DNA from: Marsupella aquatica
Taxonomy: Eukaryota; Plantae; Marchantiophyta
Length of the DNA: 64,000 nt
NCBI GenBank assembly: GCA_973895155.1
Contig: OZ316899.1
Span: 10,317,035-10,381,034, forward strand
Direction: 5' to 3'
Under the pieces are notes generated by a model that was not told the DNA's origin, ran no database searches, and worked only from the letters and a program-made list of their open reading frames with translations. Below are positions 1 through 9,956 of the stretch, in pieces (positions within the stretch are counted from its first letter, which is position 1; each line of letters starts with the position of its first letter). The translations under genes and the position numbers were made by a program.

Positions 1-795
1 GTCACAAAACTGGAAGGCATCAACGACTCCTTGAAAGCAGCCATAGATAAGCAAGAGTTGGAGATCGTGCAGATCTTAAATGAGGAGCTGAAGATGGCCA
101 GGTCCGAGATACAACGGCTTAACAATGAAGTTGAAGACGTATCTCAGGAATTGGAGGAGGCTAGGGATAAGATGCTCGGGTTGCAGAAGCGTGTCGACAA
201 TCAAACAAAGAAATTGAAGAAGTATGGCAAAGCGGGATATGGGTCACCAACTGAAAGGCTTCCCGTCAGTAGTATGGTAGGTGGAAATACAGTGAAGCCA
301 AAGCCAAAGCCGAGCTCATTGTTGTCATGCGTGACTGGGGACAAAGCCATGCAGTTGGTAGCAGATTTGGCAAAGACGTTCATGGGGCCAGGCGATAATA
401 AAGTTAAGCCCCTTAAAGCCACTCCGGAGGAAGTCGAGAGCATGGCCGCTCACATTTGTGGTACTGTGGCCCTGAAGGCAGCTGTGGTAGAGGTAAGTAC
501 TGCGGATCCACTTGGAGCTGCGGTAACAGGTTCAGACGATGGTACTGCTTCTATGGACGCCCAGAACGTGAGGCCGTGGGTTATCGAGACCGAACGCATC
601 GGGGACCAGGCTTGGATTGAGGAAGTTAAGGCAAAAGCTCTCCAAGCCGTTTCCCAGGAGGATGCCGATGTAGCAGCCGATGCCGGGGCCGACAAACCAG
701 AACCCGAAGTTGAGGAAGCCAAAGGGGTCAAGCCGGAGCCGATGGCAGGAGAAGGTGCAGAGTTGGAAAATTCGGACTTACCCCCGGTCATCTGA
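1..795 (+). CDS. C-terminal part of LTR-encoded coiled-coil protein (family C), 5' partial
   Basis: Heptad-rich ORF; LQKRVDNQTKKLKK matches LQRRADNQTERLKK and the terminal PPVI* matches PPVS* of the family A LTR protein. Confidence 0.75.
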   Translation, partial: VTKLEGINDSLKAAIDKQELEIVQILNEELKMARSEIQRLNNEVEDVSQELEEARDKMLGLQKRVDNQTKKLKKYGKAGYGSPTERLPVSSMVGGNTVKPKPKPSSLLSCVTGDKAMQLVADLAKTFMGPGDNKVKPLKATPEEVESMAAHICGTVALKAAVVEVSTADPLGAAVTGSDDGTASMDAQNVRPWVIETERIGDQAWIEEVKAKALQAVSQEDADVAADAGADKPEPEVEEAKGVKPEPMAGEGAELENSDLPPVI

Positions 796-1704
796 CAATT
801 AAGGAGGGCCAGTCATCGGTTGGAAGGAGGACGTGGCGGCAAGAGAAGGGCTTGGGCCAGAAGGGCACGGCCGTTGTAGGATGGGACAGGGCAAGTAGCA
901 CCCTGTCGGCTTAGGTAGTATTAGATGCTCGGTTCACACAGGGTTCCGGGCTAGTCAAGTTTTTTAGGTGATAGTTTTTTAGTAGGATTATCGCGGTGGA
1001 AGGCCGTGAGTTGTGGTTAGGATTTCCGCCTTTTCCCCTGAACGCGCTGCAAGCATAAAAACCTGGGCAGCGTGGCCCGTGGGGCTTTTTCTTAGTCAAG
1101 GCTTTAGTGTAAATCTGTATTGTTGTGAGCACAAGAAGCTCTCGGCTAAATCTAGACCGCAGGGTATCAGTAAACCACCAGTTCCCTTGGATTTCTGAGC
1201 AATTGTTTGAATTGAGTTGGCCTCGTTGCATAGTTCACAGATTCTTGCCATCCAAGAAGTTGAGTGTTATGATATCTGTTGCTTGATCGATTTAAGTCAG
1301 ATAGGGTGAACTATTGAGCAAAATACAATCGCATTGTCTTGATTGGAGACTGCCCAATCAAACTTTGAGAGAAAAGTGAGGATTGAGAGTGTTTAGTCGG
1401 TGAAGTGTGGGTTGAGTCAGTCTGCAAAAGACCTTCAGCCGGCTTAAGAAATTAAGCCGTAGGGGTACATTCCGGGGGCGGAATACAAATATACCTGAAG
1501 AAGTTAAAGAGGAATTAGGTGTCTCAGTTGTGCACAATTCACAAGCCCAATGAAAGAATCGGTCCGGTAAGTGTAAATCGAAGGAGAGGATTGCATTTCC
1601 AAACCGAATAGCTGCCAAAGGGCAAGAGGACGGACATAAACGAGTGGTTTATGATCAACTGAGGGTAGTTCTTTGGGTTAGAGGTCTTTGGAAAACGCAC
1701 CACA
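1..1704 (+). mobile_element. 3' part of a giant protein-coding LTR (family C), runs off the window start
   Basis: Ends ...GGAAAACGCACCACA at 1704, matching the 3' end of solo-LTR A (...GGGACGCACCACA); carries the shared ATTCCG-N4-CGGAAT hairpin at 1469-1484 and the homologous ORF C-terminus; no PBS follows, so it is a solo or 3' LTR. Confidence 0.8.
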
Positions 1705-1764
1705 ACTAACTAAAGTCATATTATAGTCATGTATCAACAAGACTAGACTCCATGATGGAGTCAC

Positions 1765-1793
1765 CAGTAGTAGAAACCGGGGCAATTTAGACC
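1765..1793 (+). repeat. Left TIR of the large CACTA (CAGTA variant of CACTA)
   Basis: Reverse complement of 24526-24555 with few mismatches; third base is G instead of C. Confidence 0.9.
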
Positions 1794-3529
1794 ATACCTT
1801 ATAGGACTAAGCCCACTAAGTCTTTCTTCCATACTTTAAACGACTCGCATCCATTGCCAAGGTTTTGTTAAAGACTATAAAAGACTTCGAATGTTTCCCG
1901 GTTTAGTTAAAGACTATGAAAAGTATACTTGCTATTTTGTGAAGGGTGAACACTCTACACATCATGGATTTTATTCTTGGAATCCACAATAAAGGTCCAC
2001 ACAAAGACTAGGACACTCGATAGTCTTACAAGGGTTCATCATAAGAGTGTACTTCAAAAGGACCAGTCGACGTGCTACATTTTGGTGGCAGTGCTTAAGG
2101 AACATGCCTTGTATATATCACCAACGTTAACTAACATTGCACCGTAAAGATCCATGTAACGGGTACTTTTCATAACTTAGGGTACTTTTGATAGAGGTAA
2201 TTCCATGAGGGGGGCCCGGAGGGGGGGTTAGGGTGGGGCACAACTGATTTAGTGGCCTCATACTTGAACAGAGAGGGATTTATTTAAAATTATCCTTTAC
2301 CCTCACCCAAATGTACTCATTTGTTGCCTAATTAAGTCCACATTGTGCCCCTACATCAAGACTCTGGCCAGGACTTATCAAGCCTAACGGCTCAACTCAA
2401 CAGCAGACAAAGCGGAAGGCAAAGGTGAGTGTTTGTGCACCGTTAGAGTAACCGCAAGTACTCTATTACATGCCTTGTTGTTCTCTATTACATGCCTTGT
2501 TCTCCCGCCCACTGTTTCCTGCAATTTTCTTTCTTCCAGAAGAGAATGGTGATTTCTTCTTCTATCAAACAAAACCCCACCCAACCACCACCCAAGAACG
2601 TGGGGTGCACGCGCTTCTTAATCCTCCTCAAACTGGCCCATTGTTCATTGAAACCCCACATATTACCCACCGGCACCAAGGGTCCAGTCCCAACCCGTCT
2701 TCCGCTTCCCACCATCTTCACTCTCTCGCGCATCTATCTCCTAAACGGCGTCGCTGGCCCTTAGACACAGAATGCTCCGCTGTGATATCGCCTCCAACTT
2801 TTCTAGTGCAGTCTAGGCAATTAGACTGCTTTTGAGAAAACTGCCCTTCTTAAAAGTGAGCAATACTAATAAACCCCGGTAGGGGCGGAGCTGGGCGGAG
2901 CTGTGGGTACTGAGGGAGCTAGGTGTGAGGGTTTGTTACGATGGCCGTGGACCTACCGTGGGCTATGGTGGAACACTCTATTGTCTATGATGATTCTAAA
3001 TCTGCTTGAACTGCAAGTGGATGTGCTTTAAGGCAAACTCGTCGGAGAAATTAGAATGGGGGGACGGAGTTATCAGTGCTTAGGTTGTGGCATTTTTGAG
3101 ATTGTCAAGAGTAATCTGTGATCTCATTTCTAAACGGTTTGAGCTCCTCTGATGTGCATAGGAATCGGGCTGAGGAAAGCTTTTGGGAGCTATCATTGGA
3201 ACTAGCTTTCGATCTAATTCTGCTACTTTTGAATTGGTACTTGGGAAGGCTTTGTATCGTTAAGCACTACAAGATTCACAGGCCAGACCTGCTTGCTAGT
3301 ATGAGGGGCTTTGAAGGAATGTGCGGCCAGGGCTGATTGAGTATGGATTAATTTTGCATTGCCTGAGATACTGAAACTGCCACCCGCTTTGTTTCAGTGT
3401 GTTTGGCTGCTTGCTCTTGCAACTTTGGAGCTGGGTGGGTGAGACGGAGGGTGAGGCGGAGGGTGAGTTGTCTGTATCGCTTACCTTTGCTCAAATTTCC
3501 CCTTTGTTGCCTCTCTGGCTTTGCTGCTA

Positions 3530-4210
3530 CTGCGGTTGTTGATCTTTGTCCACCCACTTGCCTACTCAATCTAGTGAGTACAACTTTGTCTTTGCGTATG
3601 TTTTTGCTCTCTTTGTCCCTCCCCTTGAAATTGTGGGCCTTAAAAAGGTCAGTTGGCTTATGTAGTTTTTCTCCCCTCCGTGCATCTTTCAGCTGATCCG
3701 TGGGCTGGACCCCAGGAAGTAGATTTTGGTAGATTTTGTCTCTGCCCCCGGTCCTCATTTTGTGCAATGTCCGCCTGGCACTTGGTTCTTGATCCCTACA
3801 TTGTCGTCTGCCGCTTGGCTGCTTGCAAAAGGGATCAAACAGATTGGAGGGGCTTGGTCTTGACATTCATTTTGGGTTTCAGAGTTTAGGAGGACAGCTT
3901 GCACCATCACCGACAAGAATGACCTGCTTGCAGAACAAGAGGGACGAGCACGAGCTGCTTGCAAAATAGGAGATTAAGGGCGAGCACAAGCTGCTTGCAA
4001 AATAGGAGACTGAGGGCAAGCTGCTTCTTTGTTGCTACTCTAGCTGCGCTGCTACATTGGTTGTTGATCTTCACCCACCCACTTGCCTACTCAATTGACA
4101 GAGTACAATTTTGTCTCTACGTCTGTTATTGCTGTCTTTGTCCCTCCCCTTGAAATTGTGGGCCTTAAAAGGTCAGTAAGTTGGCTTATGTAGTTTTTAT
4201 GTCCCTCCGC
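3530..4210 (+). repeat. Diverged ~150-bp direct repeat (approx. 3530-3680 and 4058-4210) plus short tandem units at 3955-4027
   Basis: Shared CCCACCCACTTGCCTACTCAAT...TTTGTCCCTCCCCTTGAAATTGTGGGCCTTAAAA(A)GGTCAGT...TGGCTTATGTAGTTTTT; GCTGCTTGCAAAATAGGAGA repeated. Confidence 0.85.
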
Positions 4211-6004
4211 TATGTCAATGCGTGTTTCATTGCATTAGGGCATCAGTCGCCGTTTGCCTATAACCGGACTGTTCATTCTTTGTCCACTCATTTGATGTAA
4301 TTCTTCCCGTTGCCGCCCAATGCTATGGCACCCATGCTACAATTTGTGGTTTTTGTCTAAGCACAAATACTCTCTGTGCCTGGTCTCTGTGTCCCGTCAT
4401 TTGGATTGATTGTTCAGACGTTTCCTCTTCTCCCAGTCCTTGTCATCCACCAGCCAAAGCACATTGGATTGTTTTCAAAGGAGGGCTGTGTAGTTCAAAC
4501 GGTTTGATCTGTGCAATGGATTTGAGCAGATTGGCGGTTGTTAGTTTTCTTCTTGTAAAACCTGTCTGTCTTTCTTTTCTGCTTTTGGCCATGCTCCTAG
4601 CTTCACTTCTTGCTGCAAGCTCAATGTGCTTCAGCTATGGCAATATTCACTTACCCTGTCCCAACGCCACTGCCGTGAGCTGCAGGACAGCCAACAGAAG
4701 CTGTGTACAGATTGCATGTAAATCAGGGTATTTTATGGTTTGCGGAACAACTGTCCAAGTATGTTGCAGTGGTCGGTCTTGCGCAACTCAATGAGCCAAT
4801 TTCATTTTCCCTGTGCACTTCTATTTCTCAGAGAATTCCCTGGTCATGCTCATTTGCCCCAGAGTTAGAAAACAAAGAAGAAGAGTTGACTAATTGTAAT
4901 TCCAATCCATATCCTGATCGGTCAAGGATTGTGAACTACATTGGCCTTGTCATCAGCCGAGGTCACCAAATTTTGCTTGGTTTCATTCCTGTGGAGCACT
5001 GCTGTGATGGATGAATAGTTTTGTGTTGCCTTGAAGTGGGACATTGGATGAATCCCTCATGCCTTGTCTGTTTTCAAAAGCTCACAGTGTTTACCTTCAG
5101 CTATGGGCGGTTGACATCTTTTAGCATTCTTTGTGGTGGTGCCTTTGTTGCAAAGCTCCTGCTCCAACTGCCCATTTATCCTGGTAAGTTGTGCAACCTG
5201 GATTCCAGTATAGATTGAAGTATTCTTGTCTTAATTGTGTCTATGTACATAGTGTCCTTCATTGCAACTGTTGCTTTGACCTGCTGAGTTTCAGCAAATT
5301 GAATAAGGCATTCTGCCATCATTCCAATCGACTTAAACAAAAATTGAGCTTCAATATGAACTGAGAGCGTTTATCCCCTCCCTAGACTGATCAAAGTTTC
5401 CTAGCAAAAGTTTATATGTTTTAACTGTCCAAGTGTAGGTTTGACCGTGAAAGTTCAGGCCGCTACACCAAGTGCTGGTTGGTGGCCTAAGTGCAGGGTG
5501 GTAGGTGGAGTACGTTGCCCAGCCCTGTTACTTTTTCATTGTTTGCCTATGGTGTTGGCATTTTTCTCACACTCATTCTCATCCTGCTATAATTGGCAAT
5601 TCAACTCTCCTCTAGAATTCAGTCAGAAGGTGAAGTATTAGTAAGACATCATTTTCTGCTACTAAGATGTCTTCTTTTGAGCAGCATACACCGGAAGTAA
5701 GCAATAGTGGAGGTTTAACTGCATATCAACACATCCAGTGAACTACCTCTCTGTTGCTCACTGCAGGGTGAGACTTTCACTCTTTCTGGATATTGTAGTT
5801 TGTAAGCAAGTTGATTAGGACTGTTTCATGCTATGTTTATACTGTGACCTCTAGCTGGAACCAGGGGAATGACACAGTGAGTGGGAACTGATAATTTAAG
5901 GTTGGTTGTTGTGGGTGAGGCAAGTATAGCTCCTGCTCACCTTGCTGATCGAAGGTGCTCATCAGAGGATGTGAACACAAGACATCTCCACAAAAGCAGC
6001 ACTT

Positions 6005-6454
6005 ATGGTGAGGACCCGCAATGCTGAACATGTGCGGCTTGCACGCAAGGCAGAGATATTGCACCTTGAGTATGTCAGACTTGGGATCCTTCCAGCCCAG
6101 TCTGCATGGTACTTTGAGTACCCTGTTGTTGCCAAGAACAACTACAGCCGGCCTCTACCTACTTCAGTACCCTTCCCAACATCCTTGGTATTCGTGTCTC
6201 TTGTACATGACCCACCACAAATTAGGTGCCAAGGGTGTGTGCACAGTTGCCAATATGACTGTCCTGCCTGTAGGGTTTCTGGCCCAGAGTTGGATGACCG
6301 TTCTCTTGGATGTCGGTTTTTGCACAGAGCACAATGTATCATCTGGAACCACTCGCCATCCTGCACTATGCCTGGCGATGTCACTTGTCCTGCCCTCCCA
6401 AACCCCACCACCGGTGACTTTGGTGTCTACACATGTTTGGATCACACGCTCTAG
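6005..6454 (+). CDS. CACTA cargo ORF1: small Cys/His-rich putative zinc-finger protein (149 aa)
   Basis: ATG-initiated open ORF with CxxCxxxCxxxCxxC...CxxxHxxxC...CxxH; basic N-terminus; family not recognised. Confidence 0.5.
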   Translation: MVRTRNAEHVRLARKAEILHLEYVRLGILPAQSAWYFEYPVVAKNNYSRPLPTSVPFPTSLVFVSLVHDPPQIRCQGCVHSCQYDCPACRVSGPELDDRSLGCRFLHRAQCIIWNHSPSCTMPGDVTCPALPNPTTGDFGVYTCLDHTL

Positions 6455-7121
6455 AGGACCACTTGTCACACTGCATGCACAGACCATTGACCATTGACCT
6501 ATAACTTAACACTTTGACTTGAACAGAGAGGATATTTACTTAAAATTTTGAATTTTGAGCAATTTTGGGTCCAGGGTTTAGGGTCAATAGTACATAACTT
6601 ATCCTATTATGGCTGCACTAAGTAGAATATCCTAATTTAAGAGGCTAGCAAGCTCACTTAAAAGTCTCCTTTCAAAGACTGGAATTAATGGGCCATGTGA
6701 TAACCTGGAAAAAGTGATTTATGCCTAACTTATTTGTCTCATTCACTATCATAGCCTATTTAGGATGTATAAATTACAACCCTGATCACACTGCTTGATG
6801 CCAATCCTGTTCCAAAAAAGGCTGTTTTACATGTCACGACTATTGTATGTGATTCAAATGCATTAAATCTTGCTGCAGATCTCCTTTGGTGAATCATAGC
6901 CACAAAATTGAGGTGTAGGTGGAGCTATTGTACTAGGGGATCAGTTTTTAGTGTGGGCTCAACAAACCAAAAAGTATGTCTACTCTGCATCTGTGTGTGA
7001 ACATTTCATTGCAGTAGCAATTGCCACTCTAGTCTATATGCTACACTGTACTTTTTGTACATTGCTAAATTGTATTGTCTGTGCACTCTGCTAAATTGTA
7101 CTATCTGTCTCATGCATAGGC

Positions 7122-7800
7122 ATGGCACGCCCTAAAATCCGAGCCAAGAAGCGGGGATAGAGGTGAGCAACACAGGTGTAGTTGGGCCAAATGGTAGTAA
7201 CTTCTCTGCATGTCAGATTTTCCGGAAGGCAGCTCATTGTTGTGCCATTTGTGACGATGGTGGGGCTTAGCCATATGTGAGGGCCCTTGCATGAGGCATT
7301 TCCACCTCAACCCGGAGTCTGACCTTGCTGCAGAAAACAACTGTCCAGGGGTGGGCCTCCCGTCAGCACACCAGGGAGGCTGGATGTGCACTGATTGTTT
7401 GGAGAAGCAGGCTAAGTGTGCACAGTGTGGGATGTTGGGGTCTTATGAGGGCTCTGTTGATGCTCCACCACTTGTTAGGAAATGCCCTGACAGATATTGT
7501 GTGAGGTTCTTTTGTTTTTCATGTTTGCCCGATCTTGCCACAGCTTGCCCACTTCATAAGTGCAAGGCATGTGGTTAGCACGATGAAGATTTCTGGGTGG
7601 ACATAGTCCACTGTGTTAGGTGTCCCACCATGTGACACTTTCATTGTTTGAAGGAGCGTCAAGCAGAAGGCTATGCTTGTGACAGACACATCTATCATCA
7701 CTCTGCACATGGTGTTGATCGATGGATCTTCTATTGTCATCACCATGCCATAGATCCTACTTTGCACACTCCCATGAGAGATCACATTTCTTGGCTTTGA
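7122..7800 (+). pseudogene. CACTA cargo ORF2: stand-alone EDM2-type composite PHD-finger module, disrupted
   Basis: Manual translation: CCAICDDGG/LAICEGPCMRHFH...WMCTDCLEKQAKCAQCGMLGS...CPLHKCKACG*...HCVRCPTM*HFHCL...WIFYCHHHAIDPTLHTPMRDHISWL*, colinear with the EDM2 PHD region as I recall it; one frameshift near 7266 and internal stops. Confidence 0.85.
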
Positions 7801-8398
7801 ACCTGAATAATGTACATGCATAGTGCACCTGATGTGGATACCTTGGAGATTGCAGACATTCCAATTTTGAGAAGAAGGACCTCTGTAGGAGAGGATGCTT
7901 AGGCAACAAGTACCCTAAGTTCATTACTTGTTCCTGGGTACATGCCTTCAAAAACTCCCCTTAAGCCTTCTAGGAACTTTTTTAACTCTGCAATCATTTT
8001 GATCACGACTTACATGACACTGCTTAAATTAAATCAGGACTTCTCATTATGAGCATATAACTTACAAGGCTATTTAATTTGCAAGAATTCCCTTAAAGTG
8101 TACCAACATTTTGTATTCTCATTGAATGTCTGCCCATTTACAACATCTGTATGTGGCATCACAAAACAATTGCACTTGTCACCTTCAATATTGTGAAGAC
8201 ACATATTCAAACTATGAGGTGCATCCTTGCAGGTGTCTAGTACGTTTGTCCCAATATTTCTCCTGTTTGGAATTGGAGTAGAGACTCACCAGACGACTGG
8301 ACTGGACCAAGTTATAAATGCAGCATTTTAGGGGCCCTCCAATTATCAGGTGAACGCATTATCTTCCGGTCTGCAGTGATTAGGTGGGGTGTGTGTAC

Positions 8399-9246
8399 AT
8401 GGCCTCTAGGAAACGTACAAAGGTTGACCACCCGCCTCTATTGGCTGGAATCAAAGCCATTTTGATTCCTGGCCACTATGGGTTCACCCAAGTGAGTTGG
8501 CCAATCGTACAAAAACGATTCTCAGAGTTCCATGGGACTGAAGTCAAGGACATCACTCCACAGACTACACATGTTGTTGCGGGGACATTTTTGGATGTGA
8601 TGAACAAGTGGTCATGGTCCTTCATTGATTCTGCCATTACCAACCAAGGTCTAAAAGTAGTTGAAGTCTCTTGGCTGACCAATTCTGTTAAACATAGGTG
8701 TGTACAGAGTACTGAGCAATATGAGTTGTGGGAGAGTGAGAGGCCACTGCAGAGGCTTTGGCTGAAAAGGAAGCCTATGAAGCAGCGGCAGAGAAACCCA
8801 ACTTTGCTTTTGTCCAATATGGACCTGTTGTCAACATAGGACACCATCCTATGACTACAGATGCTATATTGAATGAGCATGGCAAGGAGAGAAATACCAT
8901 TATGAAGGGGTTCAGTGCGGTATTTGCGGAAGAGGGAATTGGGGAGACTAAGTGCAGACTGTACAAGTCCATAGTTGTTGAGCTAGGTGGGACAGTGGAG
9001 GAGAGTCTAACAGAAACCTCCACTCATGTTGTAGGTCTGTCATACATGAAAATATGCAGAAAATTCTTTAAGACAATAGTGCATGATTTTGTCATGAACA
9101 ACAATCTTTGGGTGCTTTCCCCTGATTGGCTTCTGGAATCAGCAATGACAGGGAAGCAACATAATGCTTGGAACTTTGATATTTTTGAGGCCTGGCCCTC
9201 CAAGCTTCAGCGGAGATGTATGCTTAGCAATGGTGGGAGAGAGTGA
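8399..9246 (+). pseudogene. CACTA cargo ORF3: tandem BRCT-domain protein, one frameshift near 8740-8760
   Basis: Two BRCT signatures: HGTEVKDITPQTTHVVA...VVEVSWLTNSV and LGGTVEESLTETSTHVVG...VLSPDWLLESA; N-terminal RKRTK NLS-like motif. Confidence 0.85.
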
Positions 9247-9422
9247 GGAGTAGGAGTCCCTCATATTTTTGTATAAATCACAATTTTGTAATAAATGTGA
9301 TCCTTGAACTAACTCATCTTGTCATGGTTGGTCGCAGTTGAAGTTATTGTTGTTTCCTGCTGCGTGGGGTGTGACTGTGAATCTACTTGCTGGGCTCTGT
9401 TTGGCTGAAGACTTTGGTGGGT

Positions 9423-9956
9423 ATGCTGCCTCTTCTAGACCAACAGGCCCTATGTAGGGTCCTCCTATGGGTTGCATCGTGCATGGCTATTGCTTGGGCT
9501 TACATGTGTGGATTGGTAACCAGACAGAGTGTAGCTCCATCCGAGATAATGCCTGCAGACCTTGGATGTGTTGTGAATGCTGTGGTGAATGAGGATGCAC
9601 AGTCCAAAGAGGACATTTACTTTTCAGCAGATGAGTTAGACAAGCACGATGATGTAGGTGGTTCCTTGTTGCCTGATTTGGTAAATGATATAGTTCTTAC
9701 ACATGTCTGGCTGAGGGTTCTTGTGGTGTCTGGCGCACAAGATATCTGCAAATATAGACTAATTAGTACCCAGTGGAGGGACTTGGTAGCAACATGTGCA
9801 CCGTGGAGGGCACTGCTGCCACTGCTTGTAGGCACGGATCGAAGACCACCATGGCATGAGCAGGGTTTAGACCTTGATGACTTAATGTACATGCCTGAGT
9901 ACCTCAGGGCTGAGTGGCATCGACAACAGGATTGGTATCCGTATTTGATGTGGTAG
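9423..9956 (+). CDS. CACTA cargo ORF4: F-box-like protein with N-terminal hydrophobic segment
   Basis: SLLPDLVNDIVLTHVW...DICKYRLISTQWRDLV...PW resembles the plant F-box motif (LLPxLPxDI...L..VSxxWRxLV). Confidence 0.65.
   Translation: MLPLLDQQALCRVLLWVASCMAIAWAYMCGLVTRQSVAPSEIMPADLGCVVNAVVNEDAQSKEDIYFSADELDKHDDVGGSLLPDLVNDIVLTHVWLRVLVVSGAQDICKYRLISTQWRDLVATCAPWRALLPLLVGTDRRPPWHEQGLDLDDLMYMPEYLRAEWHRQQDWYPYLMW

Noticed and set aside
2300-5900. Short ORFs in the CACTA left arm as more cargo genes
   Set aside because: Low-complexity, T-rich, intron/UTR-like translations with no recognisable motifs
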